DNA of 64,000 nt, taken from positions 216,938,001 to 217,002,000 of the forward strand of contig OZ024740.1 in the NCBI GenBank assembly GCA_964016885.1, read 5' to 3'. The notes below the pieces were generated by a model that saw only the letters and a program-made list of their open reading frames with translations, searched no databases and had not been told where the DNA came from. Positions 39,570 to 52,200 of this stretch are shown in pieces; position 1 is the first letter of the stretch, and each line of letters opens with the position of its first letter. Made by a program: the position numbers and the translations under genes. This DNA is from Eledone cirrhosa. Taxonomy: Eukaryota.

Positions 39570-42144
39570 CACACACACACGCACACATATATATGTGTGT
39601 GTTTTTGTCTTGATTTCCATTTTGTTGTTAGTTTTTACTTGAGTAATTAAAGCAGAGCTTGTATTAGGGTGTGTAGGGTGAGAAGAAATCTTGGTTATAT
39701 AATTAATGAGATATTCCTGTGTGATATTTAATGAAATAGTTTCATAGTGAATGTGTGTATGTGCGCATATGTGTGTATTCTTGTGATTATGTATGTGTCA
39801 GGAAGAGAGAGCGAGAGAGATTTGGTTAATTTATTTTACTTTATCTTTTCATTTACTTATACATGTTTCATTGATTTCTAATCCCTTAACTCCTAATGGG
39901 GGTTGTAGGGTCACTGACATGAGCTTCCTCTCCAGGTTTAATCCCAGCCAATTCCTAAGAAAACTAGTGGGGAAGTGGTAGAGAAAAACCAATCCCCGTA
40001 TTGGACTGGTACTTTATTTATCGGTTTAGGGAGGATGAAAGGCATAACTATTGGTCTCAGCAGGATTTGAACTAAAAGCACTGTGAGCCAGTATGGATAA
40101 TCTTCTTCAGTCATCCTTCAATCGAAAGTGAAGCATTCATTCTGCTTTTTCTAATGGCTAGAATATATGTGGCTTGTCACACCTGCAGACTCAGAGATTT
40201 TTCTGCTAACTGGAGCAGTTGTACCAACCCATTGTTGAATTAATAGTTGGTCATCTGTAAAGCCACTGGTGCTTATGATGCTGAGGTCATCTAATTAAAT
40301 TGATGATTGTCACATGAGCTACTATTTACTATGAGACAAGCAGGATTTTTCCCACTCCACGTTTTTTAAATTCTCAATTTGAAGTTTTTTCCATTGAACT
40401 AAAAACTATTGAACTTATTTTTTATGGCTACAAACAAATATCAAATATGTATCATAGAAGGAAGATAAATTCACAAGGAACTCTGTATGTACAATGATGG
40501 CTACTCCCTTAGGCAATGAGAGATATCCACCCAGCATGGTCACAAGACCTGCCAGGAACCAAGTTAGGGCCATGTCTATCAGAATCTCCTCCCTCAAGCT
40601 CAATCAGATCTTGACATGTTTGCCTTGACTCCTATGCATCCCTGCCATCTGGTTTCCAGTTAGGAAAGACTCATTGGTCTCCTCATTAGCATTTGTAGCA
40701 CATGGCTGAGCATCTTACACTGCCTTAAGTTGATAGTATCCCATATATTACTTAGCCTGACCCTTTACATGAATTTTTTATGTAGCCATTAATTATTTTA
40801 TCTCACATAACAAATTATTGATCACATTAAAGCATGAAGTATTTCTATTGAAAACAGGAAATACACTTGCATAAAGTAAATAAAATAGTGACTTATTTAT
40901 GAATACAAAAGACTGATAATGAAGATGTTGATAGCTCTGCAATGTGAGAAAAAGTTGCCTCAAGCTTCACTGAAAATGTTTATATCATTTCAATGATTGA
41001 GAAAGATGCTTTCAAGCTTAGTTGCAAATGTTCATATCTAGATATCTCGTCAATGAGAGTGAAATTTTCTTCGAATTTGGCTGCAAATTATATTTCTTCA
41101 ATGAGAAAGAAGAGAGTTGCTTCAAGTTAGGTAGCAAATGTTGATAGTTTTTTTTAATGAGAGTGTTGCTTGAAGCTAGGTTTTAAATACTTTTATGAAA
41201 GAAGTGTAATTAATCTTTTCATTTACATATTTCTAATGAAAAACACTGCCTGATTTTCAAATAATTTTGAAAATATCAATAATTTTGATGTTTTTAGTAA
41301 TATACCATATAAACTTGAATATAAGCCGATTCCACTACATTATGTCTGAGAAATGGGCAACAATCCAAACCTTATTTATCTAGAATTTGAAGTTGGTGAA
41401 AATCATCAAAATATTGACCCCAAATATAAGCCGACCTCCCACCTCCCTTCTACCATCGATTTTTTCTTTGGAGTGAGGAGGGGGTTCACATATTCTTCGG
41501 CTTATATTCAAGTATTTATGATAACATTAAAAAAAAAACAATTATGAATATTTAAAGAAGATAAAAACAATTGAACTGAAATGTTTTCCTTGTCACTCAT
41601 ATATATGATGGTCAGCTGAAAAGTTCATATGCTGCCCAAGATACTCTCATGGAATGACAAAATGAGGTTTATTTTTCAGCATAGTCCCTGGAAAGACACA
41701 ATACAGTTATTAATAAGAGTTGAAATTAATGCATGCAAGATTTCACAGCTCTAGCATCACTCCTTCATAGTTAGCCTATCCTTGTATATTTTTTCAAAAA
41801 TAAATATACTGAATCATTTTTATCTTCTTTACATATTCATAATTGTTTTATTTTCTTCTATTTTAATTTATAATGTAATTTATGGTTAATTTAATATCTT
41901 TCTCATCATTAAGCTGGTGTTTGGCACATAACTTAAAGGTTCTTACATAAAATTTTGGTGGCAGGTTTTTAGATATAAACGCTTTAACCATTTTGTTATC
42001 ATATTTCTAATGAAAGACATTGCCTATAATTTTCAAATAATTTAGCAAATAATCAAGGATTTGGAAGGATTTACTAATATGACTTTCTGATTATTAAGTC
42101 AATGTTTGAAACATACCTTAATAAAGGTTCTTATATAAAACTAT

Positions 42145-42324
42145 AATTGTTTCTACTTTTGGCACAAGGCCAGCAATTATCCAGTGCATTACTGGTACTT
42201 TATTTTATCGACCCCGTAAGGATGAAAGGCAAAGTTAACCTAGGCGGGATTTGAACTCAGAATGGCAAGGGCCGTAACTCTATGCATCAAAGCATGGCGT
42301 CCAACCCTCTACCGATACTGCCAA
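42145..42324 (-). mobile_element. SINE family B copy inserted in an older AT-rich repeat
   Basis: The flanks match the uninterrupted sequence at ~3580-3610 (taaaact-[..]-caatggaa). Confidence 0.75.
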
Positions 42325-42790
42325 TTCAATGGAAAGTTTTTAGATAAACATAAACACACTAAAATAATTAGTTTTGTATTGTAAATAAAATCATTATTTT
42401 CTCAGAAAAACATCGACTTTTCTTTAAAAAATCTGTTGATTTCGAGGAGAAAAGTTCTCTGTAAGAAAAATTGGTAGCAATAAACATAGAAAGTTCTTTG
42501 TGGCAACATTTCAATGAATAATGGAAGAAAAAGAACACTTTCATTGAAAATTTCTGTATATATTCGTGTATACATACAACATTCTTAGTTCAGTCCCATA
42601 TACGGTTTTGTAGGTTCTGTAGATAAGTCACATGCTGTTTTTTTACAGTTTTTTTTTTATGGATAAAAGTGTGACTTTACATGGTGTATACAGCATACAA
42701 ATTGTTTTCTTTTGCCTTATTTTTTTTTGTTTTATTTTACGATACAATTTTTATTTATTTTTTTAAATGTTTACATTTTCTCTTTTGTAG

Positions 42791-42946
42791 GGACAAATAG
42801 CAGCTCTTGCTCCACATCTATCTATAAAGTCACCTATCACGGGAGCAGCTAAACGAAAGTCAAAATCATTGGTTGACAATAGTTCTGCTGTAGCACTCCA
42901 ACAACAACTAGCTCAGGTCCAAGCACAGGTACAACAACATCAGCAA

Positions 42947-42978
<32 letters not shown>

Positions 42979-43153
42979 GGCTGCAGTTGCAGCGGCAGCA
43001 GCAGCTGTGCAACAACAAACCCCTCTCATCATGCTGGCTGCACAGCAAGGCTTAAATCCACAACAAATGCAGCAGCTGTTGCAACAACAACTTTTAAATC
43101 CGAACCAGTTGCAACAGGTTATGCAGCAACAAACTTTACTTTTGCAACAACAG
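42791..43153 (+). CDS. FoxP: Internal coding exon, Q-rich N-terminal region of a FoxP (forkhead box P) transcription factor
   Basis: A polypyrimidine tract and ttgtag acceptor end at 42790, and a cag|gtgagt donor lies at 43153/43154. The exon is 363 bp = 121 codons, phase 0/0, and open: GQIAALAPHLSIKSPITGAAKRKSKSLVDNSSAVALQQQLAQVQAQVQQHQQ...AAVAAAAAAVQQQTPLIMLAAQQGLNPQQMQQLLQQQLLNPNQLQQVMQQQTLLLQQQ. The end resembles the vertebrate FOXP1/2 segment [35 protein letters not shown] (recalled). No forkhead domain lies in the window. Confidence 0.82.
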
Positions 43154-43209
43154 GTGAGTCACGTAATTCACCATATTTTCTCCATCTTTGTTTTTCAATG
43201 TGAAGTCAC

Positions 43210-43455
43210 CTGACTTAGTGGTTACGGAATTGGGTCTGCAATCATGAGGTTGTGAGTTCAATTCCCAGATCAAGTGATGTGTTATGTCCTTCAGCAAGAT
43301 ACTTTATTTCATGTTACTCCTTCTGCTAGGAGTTGTAACTGGTAGATAGTATCAGCAATGGAAAGACCAATGGAAACATTGTTTCCTTGGTCTGATTTGA
43401 CAAGTTTCACCCACTCAGTGAATGACGTCTGGGATCTTGTAGATTGATTCTCATC
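43210..43455 (+). mobile_element. CORE-like SINE with a third tail type (paralogue at 25376-25610)
   Basis: Head and core followed by tatcagcaatggaaagaccaatggaaacattgtttccttggtc, which is shared with ~25499-25541. Confidence 0.65.
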
Positions 43456-44237
43456 CTTCTTTGTTTTCTGCAATAACATGGAAAACTTTGGATACTGTTT
43501 GTCATTTTATCCTGTATAATTATCAGAAAGTCTCCAAGTATAAAATGGTAACCTACTAGACCAAATGTCTTGTTATCTTCCAGTTAGAGAGTAAAAGCCT
43601 CAGTTTTTCCATTCCTGGGTTCTAGAGTTGATAAAATAAAAACTGAAATCTTGTTGCAGTTTAAGCAATCAACTGTGCTTTCACACCATATGATATATAA
43701 AGATTGTTGTAACAAGAATTGTTATTTATTTATTTAATAAATTTAACGTCTGTATAGAGCTAGTAAGCCACGATAGGCTAGGGGGAATATCTAATGCTTC
43801 TTACAGTTGAAAAACAAAAAAAAATAGAGATGAGTAAATATAAAGATAAAAAGTTAAAAAAATTTAAATAGTGAAGGCCAACGGGAGGCAAAGTAATCAT
43901 TAAAAAATAAAGAAAAACTGGAAAACAAAGAAAGCTGTAAAACAGCTAGAAGTTTCTCTTGTTGAATCTTTTCATAACTTCCAAGTACTCAAATATTTTT
44001 ATAGTTGGTAAATCTTAAACAGTATATTGTATCTCCAATCTTGGTATTTTTTTTTTATTGAATTGAACTTGTAATGCCCTATTTCAAACAAGATGTACTG
44101 GAGCAAAATAATTTTTTATCTTTTTTTATACCAACAAATCCAAAACCAACTCTGGTTCTATAAAACAAAACAATCCATGTTAAATGGTTCTTATTTAAAG
44201 TACTACAGTTTAAGAAATCTATTATGATTGTTTACTA

Positions 44238-44559
44238 TATAAAGTACTACAGTTAAACCAATCTATTATATTTACCATATAAAGTACTTCAGTTTAAGCA
44301 ATCTATTATGTTTACCATATAAAGTACTTCAGTTTAAGCAATCTATTATGTTTACCATATAAAGTACTTCAGTTTAAGCAATCTATTATGTTTACCATAT
44401 AAAGTACTTCAGTTTAAGCAATCTATTATGTTTACCATATAAAGTACTTCAGTTTAAGCAATCTATTATGTTTACCATATAAAGTACTTCAGTTTAAGCA
44501 ATCTATTATGTTTACCATATAAAGTACTTCAGTTTAAGCAATCTATTATGTTTACCATA
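44238..44559. repeat. 40-bp minisatellite, ~8 copies
   Basis: Unit aaagtacttcagtttaagcaatctattatgtttaccatat, with degenerate copies at the left edge. Confidence 0.95.
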
Positions 44560-44682
44560 CAACAGATACATTGTACCTACAACAGATATAACTATGTCAA
44601 CCTTTACTCTACAATTTACATTTCACTTCAATTTTAATTAAGCAATAAGTTATGAAATTATTGCCAATATAGATTGGAATAA

Positions 44683-45208
44683 CTACCATATATACTTGAA
44701 TATAAACCAAGCCCCTTATTTTATGTCTGAGAAATAGGCAAAAATCCAAATCCCATTTATAAACCAAGGCAGCTAATCAACACATTGTTTAGATGGGGTA
44801 TATAAGCCGGACCCCTGCCCCATTTTACCTTATTCCTTGGCTTACATTTGAATATATACAGTGATTATCTCTAATATTACCTCATCTCTAATATTGTATA
44901 ACATTGGTTGTTTTGTTGACTACACTTATATAATGCTCTTCGGAAAAACAAGAATATCACTACCTGTTATTTACACCATTTTTTAAAACATAGATTTAAC
45001 ACTAACTTCTATATACCATATATAATCGAATATAAACAAAGGAATATGTGACCAACATATTGATGGTAAAATGGGAGAGGGTCAGCTTATATACCCCATC
45101 TAAACAAAATTTTGATTAGCTGCCTCGGTTTATATACAGAGTTTGGATTTTTGTCTATTTCTCAGACATAAAATAATGGGGTTGGCTTATACTTGAGTAT
45201 ATATGGTA
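44683..45208. mobile_element. Two inverted copies of a Tc2/pogo-like MITE (44683-44862, 45015-45208; third copy 41302-41522)
   Basis: TIRs taccatatatacttgaatataa / ttatacttgagtatatatggta, and the internal sequences are reverse-complementary. Confidence 0.7.
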
Positions 45209-45951
45209 ATTACAAACATATTAAATTAAATTTACTCTTTAAAAATACCATATTGATAATAGGAGAGGGAGCACTATAACCTAGCACTAAATATAGGCTT
45301 TAAACTTAACAGCTAACCCCTAAATTCAAACCCCTAAAATATAGCTATGTAGTAAATTACTTGAAGAAGCTAGTTTACCTGTATCTTACCTTGAAGAAGT
45401 TTAACTGTATCTCATAACATAATGTTTCTCAGTCATTATTATCTCCTCACTCAAATGAAAGAGTTATCTATTTAGTTAACTCAGAAGATTATTGGTACTT
45501 ATGATATTCTTTGGGGAGGTTTTAAACTAAGAACTATTAGGCTCAGCTGAAAAGTTCATAGGCTGACCAAGATACTTTCATAGAATGACTAAATGGGGTT
45601 TGCTTTTCAACATAGTCCCTGGAAAGAAACAATGCAGTTATTAATAAGAAGAGTTAAAATGAAAGAATACATGCAAGATTTCACAGTTCTAACATCACTC
45701 CTTCATAGTCAGACTATGAACTTTTCAGCTGATACTTATAATTGTTCTTAAATGAAATTATGTTGGAAGTTTTAATTTATATAGGAATTCTTTAAAATGG
45801 GTGACTTTTTGTCATAGAACTAGAGCTGGTTTTCGTATAAAAAAGATGAATTTAAACATGTTTCTATATATCTAAGTTAATAGTCAGCCTATACATTTTT
45901 CAGCCCACCATTGTAAATGCTATTAAAACAGCCAGTCAAGTATTTTGTGAA

Positions 45952-46260
45952 GGCATGTGGCTGTGTGGTTAAGATATTCTGGTCATGATCGTAAGGTCAT
46001 GAGTTCTAGTCCTTATGGCATATTGTATCCTTGAGCAAGACACTTTATTTCACGTTGCTCCAGTCCACTCAGCTGACAAAAATGAGTTGTACCTGTAATT
46101 CGAAGGGCCAGCCTTGTCACATTGTGTGTCATGATGAATCTTCCTGAGAACTACGTTAAAGGTACACATATTTGTCGAATGCTCAATCCCTTGAACGTTA
46201 ATTTCACGAGAAGGCTGATCAGATCAACAGGAATACTTGTCATCATAACTGACAGTGTTT
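45952..46260 (+). mobile_element. CORE-like SINE with a different 3' tail
   Basis: tRNA head tggctgtgtggttaag...gagttctagtcc and core tccttgagcaagacactttatttcacgttgctccag. Confidence 0.7.
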
Positions 46261-46289
46261 TCTCCAGTATTTTACTGTCTGCCATCTTT

Positions 46290-49200
46290 GCTCTCTCTCT
46301 AACAACAACAAATCTACCATCTTTATTCAATAAGACTAGTTCCTCTATCTCTCTAACAACAACAACAACAATTCTAACATCTTTATTCAATAAGACTAGT
46401 TCCTCTCTCTCTCTACCAACAACAATTCTACCATCTTTATTCAATAAGACTAGTTCCTCTCTCTCTCTCTAGCTAACAACAACAATTCTACCATCTTTAT
46501 TCAATAAGACTAGTTCCTCTATCTCTCTAACAACAACAACAATTCCACCATCTTTATTCAATAAGACTAGTTCCTCTCTCTAACAACGACAACAATTCTA
46601 CCTTCTTTATTCAGTAAGACTAGTTCCTCTCTCTAACAACAACAACAATTCTACCATCTTTATTCAATAAGACTAGTTCCTCTCTCTCTCTAACAACAAC
46701 AACAATTCTACCTTCTTTATTTAATAAGACTAGTTCCTCTCTCTAACAACAACAACAATTCTACCTTCTTTATTCAATAAGACTAGTTCCTCTCTCTCTC
46801 TAACAACAACAACAATTCTACCATCTTTATTCAATAAGACTAGTTCCTCTATCTCTCTAACAACAACACTAATTCTACCATCTTTATTTAATAAGACTAG
46901 TTCCTCTCTCTAACAACAACAACAACAATTCTACCATCTTTATTCAATAAGACTAGTTCCTCTATCTCTCTAACAACAACAACAATTCTACCATCTTTAT
47001 TCAATAAGACTAGTTCCTCTCTCTAACAACAACAACAACAATTCTACCATCTTTATTCAATAAGACTAGTTCCTCTATCTCTCTAACAACAACAACAATT
47101 CTACCATCTTTATTCAATAAGACTAGTCCCTCTCTCTCTCTAACAACAACAACAATTCTACCATCTTTATTCAATAAGACTAGTTCCTCTATCTCTCTAA
47201 CAACAACAACAACTATTCTACCATCTTTATTCAATAAGACTAGTCCCTCTCTCTCTCTAACAACAACAATTCTACCATCTTTATTCAGTAAGACTAGTTC
47301 CTCTCTCTCTAACAACAACAACAATTCTACCATCTTTATTCAATAAGACTAGTTCCTCTCTCTCACTAACAACAACTATTCTACCATCTTTATTCAATAA
47401 GACTAGTTCCTCTCTCTAACAACACCAACAATTCTACCTTCTTTATTCAATAAGACTAGTTCCTCTATCTCTAACAACAACAACAACAATTCTACCTTCT
47501 GTATTCAATAATACTAGTTCCTCTATCTCTCTAACAACAACAACAATTCTACCATCTTTATTCAATAAGACTAGTTCCTCTATCTCTCTAACAACAACAA
47601 CAATTCTACCATCTTTATTTAATAAGACTAGTCCATCTCTCTAACAACAACAACAATTCTACCTTCTTTATTCAATAAGACTAGTTCCTCTATCTCTCTA
47701 ACAACAACAACAATTCTACCATCTTTATTCAATAAGACTAGTTCCTCTCTCTAACAACAACAACAATTCTACCTCCTTTATTTAATAAGACTAGTTCCTC
47801 TCTCTCTCTAACAACAACAAAAATTCTACCATCTTTATTCAGTAAGACTTGTTCCTCTCTCTCTAACAATAACAACAATTCTACCATCTTTATTTCTTAA
47901 GACTAGTTCCTCTATCTCTCTAACAACAACAACAATTCTACCATCTTTATTCAATAAGACTAGTTCCTCTCTCCCTCTAACAACAACAACAATTCTACCA
48001 TCTTTATTCAATAAGACTAGTTCCTCTCTCTCTAACGACAACAACAATTCTACCATCTTTATTCAATAAGACTAGTCCCTCTCTCTAACAACAACAACAA
48101 TTCTACCTTCTTTATTCAATAAGACCAGTTCTCCTCTCTCTCTAACAACAACAACAATTCTAACATCTTTATTCAATAAGACTAGTTCCTCTCTCTGACA
48201 ACAACAACAATTCTACCTTCTTTATTCAATAAGACTAGTTCCTCTCTCTCTCTAACAACAACAACAATTCTACCATCTTTATTTAATAAGACTAGTTCCT
48301 CTCTCTAACAACAACAATTCTACCTTCTTTATTCAATAAGACTAGTTCCTCTCTCTCTAACAACAACACCAATTCTACCATCTTTATTTAATAAGACTAG
48401 TTCCTCTCTCTAACAACAACAACAATTCTACCATCTTTATTTAATAAGACTAGTTCCTCTCTCTCTCTAACAACAACAACAATTCTACCATCCTTACTTA
48501 ATAAGACTAGTTCCTCTCTTTCTCTAACAACAACAATTCTACCATCTTTATTCAATAAGACTAGTTCCTCTCTTTCTCTAACAACAACAATTCCACCATC
48601 TTTATTTAATAAGACTAGTTCCTCTCTCTAACAACAACAACAATTCTACCATCTTTATTTAATAAGACTAGTTCCTCTATCTCTCTAACAACAACAACAA
48701 CAATTCTACCATCTTTATTTAATAAGACTAGTTCCTCTATCTCTCTAACAACAACAACAATTCTACCTTCTTTATTTAATAAGACTAGTTCCTCTCTCTA
48801 ACAACAACAACAATTCTACCTTCTTTATTCAATAAGACTAGTTCCTCTCTCTAACAACAACAACAATTCTACCATCTTAATTTAATAAGACTAGTTCCTC
48901 TATCTCTTTAACAACAACAACAATTTTACTATCTTTATTCAATAAGACTAGTTCCTCTCTTTCTCTAACAACAACAATTCCACCATCTTTATTTAATAAG
49001 ACTAGTTCCTCTCTCTAACAACAACAACCTATTCTACCATCTTTATTCAATAAGACTAGTTCCTCTATCTCTCTAACAACAACAACAATTCTACCATCTT
49101 TATTTAATAAGACTAGTTCCTCTCTCTAACAACAACAACAATTCTACCATCTTTATTCAATAAGACTAGTTCCTCTCTCTCTCTAACAACAACAACAATT

Positions 49201-52200
49201 CTACCATCTTTATTTAATAAGACTAGTTGATCTATCTCTCTAACAACAACAACAACAATTCTACCTTCTGTATTCAATAAGACTAGTTCCTCTCTCTAAC
49301 AACAACAACAATTCTCCCTTCTTTATTCAATAAGACTAGTTCCTCTATTTCTCTAACAACAACAACAATTCTACCATTTTTATTTAATAAGACTAGTTCC
49401 TCTCTCTCTCTCTCTAACAACAACAACAATTCTACCATCTTTATTCAATAAGACTAGTTCCTCTCTCTAACAACAACAACAATTCTACCTCCTTTATTCA
49501 ATAAGACTAGTTCCTCTCTCTCTCTAACAACAACAATTCTACCATCTTTATTTAATAAGACTAGTTCCTCTCTCTAACAACAACAACAATTCTACCGTCT
49601 TTATTCAGTAAGACTTGTTCCTCTCTCTCTAACAACAACAACAATTCTACCGTCTGTATTCAATAAGACTAGTCCCTCTCTCTCTCTAACAACAACAACA
49701 ATTCTACCATCTTTATTCAATAAGACTAGTTCCTCTCTCTCTAACGACAACAACAATTCTACCATCTTTATTCAATAAGACTAGTCCCTCTCTCTAACAA
49801 CAACAACAATTCTACCTTCTTTATTCAATAAGACTAGTTCCTCTCTCTCTCTAACAACAACAACAATTCTAACATCTTTATTCAATAAGACTAGTTCCTC
49901 TCTCTGACAACAACAACAATTCTACCTTCTTTATTCAATAAGACTAGTTACTCTCTCTCTCTAACGACAACAACAATTCTACCATCTTTATTTAATAAGA
50001 CTAGTTCCTTTCTCTAACAACAACAATTCTACCTTCTTTATTCAATAAGACTAGTTCCTCTCTCTCTAACAACAACACCAATTCTACCATCTTTATTTAA
50101 TAAGACTAGTTCCTCTCTCTAACAACAACAACAATTCTACCATCTTTATTTAATAAGACTAGTTCCTCTATCTCTCTAACAACAACAACAATTCTACCAT
50201 CTTTATTTAATAAGACTAGTTCCTCTCTTTCTCTAACAACAACAATTCTACCATCTTTATTCAATAAGACTAGTTCCTCTCTTTCTCTAACAACAACAAT
50301 TCCACCATCTTTATTTAATAAGACTAGTTCCTCTCTCTAACAACAACAACAATTCTACCATCTTTATTTAATAATACTAGTTCCTCTATCTCTCTAACAA
50401 CAACACCAATTCTACTATCTTTATTTAATAACACTAGTTCCTCTATCTCTCTAACAACATCAACAACTCTACCATCTTTATTCAATAAGACTAGTTCCTC
50501 TCTCTCTCTAACAACAACAACAATTCTACCATCTTTATTTAATAAGACTAGTTGATCTATCTCTCTAACAACAACAACAACAACAATTCTACCTTCTGTA
50601 TTCAATAAGACTAGTTCCTCTATCTCTAACAACAACAACAATTCTCCCTTCTTTATTCAATAAGACTAGCTCCTCTCTCTCTCTAACAACAACAACAATT
50701 CTACTATCTTTATTCAGTAAGACTAGTTCCTCTATCTCTCTAACAACAACAATTCTCCCTTCTTTATTCAATAAGACTAGTTCCTCTCTCTCTCTCTAAC
50801 AACAACACCAATTCTACCATCTTTATTTAATAAGACTAGTTCCTCTCTCTAACAACAACAACAATTCTACCATCTTTATTTAATAAGACTAGTTCCTCTA
50901 TCTCTCTAACAACAACAACAATTCTACCATCTTTATTTAATAAGACTAGTTCCTCTATCTCTCTAACAACAACAACAATTCTACCATCTTTATTTAATAA
51001 GACTAGTTCCTCTATCTCTCTAACAACAACAACAATTCTACCATCTTTATTTAATAAGACTAGTTCCTCTCTTTCTCTAACAACAACAATTCTACCATCT
51101 TTATTCAATAAGACTAGTTCCTCTCTTTCTCTAACAAGAACAATTCCACCATCTTTATTTAATAAGACTAGTTCCTCTCTCTAACAACAACAACAATTCT
51201 ACCATCTTTATTTAATAACACTAGTTCCTCTATCTCTCTAACAACAACAACAATTCTACCATCTTTATTCAATAAGACTAGTTCCTCTCTCTCTCTAACA
51301 ACAACAACAATTCTACCATCTTTATTTAATAAGACTAGTTGATCTATCTCTCTAACAACAACAACAACAATTCTACCTTCTGTATTCAATAAGACTAGTT
51401 CCTCTATCTCTAACAACAACAACAATTCTCCCTTCTTTATTCAATAAGACTAGTTCCTCTCTCTCTCTCTAACAACAACAACAATTCTACTATCTTTATT
51501 CAGTAAGACTAGTTCCTCTATCTCTCTAACAACAACAATTCTCCCTTCTTTATTCAATAAGACTAGTTCCTCTCTCTCTCTCTAACAACAACACCAATTC
51601 TACCATCTTTATTTAATAAGACTAGTTCCTCTCTCTAACAACAACAACAATTCTACCTTCTTTATTTAATAAGACTAGTTCCTCTATCTCTCTAACAACA
51701 ACAACAATTCTACCATCTTTATTCAATAAGACTAGTTCCTCTCTTTCTCTAACAACAACAATTCCACCATCTTTATTCAATAAGACTAGTTCCTCTCTCT
51801 CTCTCTAACAACAACAACAATTCTACCATCTTTATTTAATAAGACTAGTTGATCTATCTCTCTAACAACAACAACAACAATTCTACCTTCTGTATTCAAT
51901 AAGACTAGTTCCTCTCTCTAACAACAACAACAATTCTCCCTTCTTTATTCAATAAGACTAGTTCCTCTATCTCTCTAACAACAACAACAATTCTACCATC
52001 TTTATTTAATAAGACTAGTTCCTCTCTCTCTCTCTAACAACAACAACAATTCTACCTTCTTTATTTAATAAGACTAGTTCCTCTCTCTAACAACAACAAC
52101 AATTCTACCTTCTTTATTCAATAAGACTAGTTCCTCTCTCTAACAACAACAACAATTCTACCATCTTAATTTAATAAGACTAGTTCCTCTATCTCTCTAA

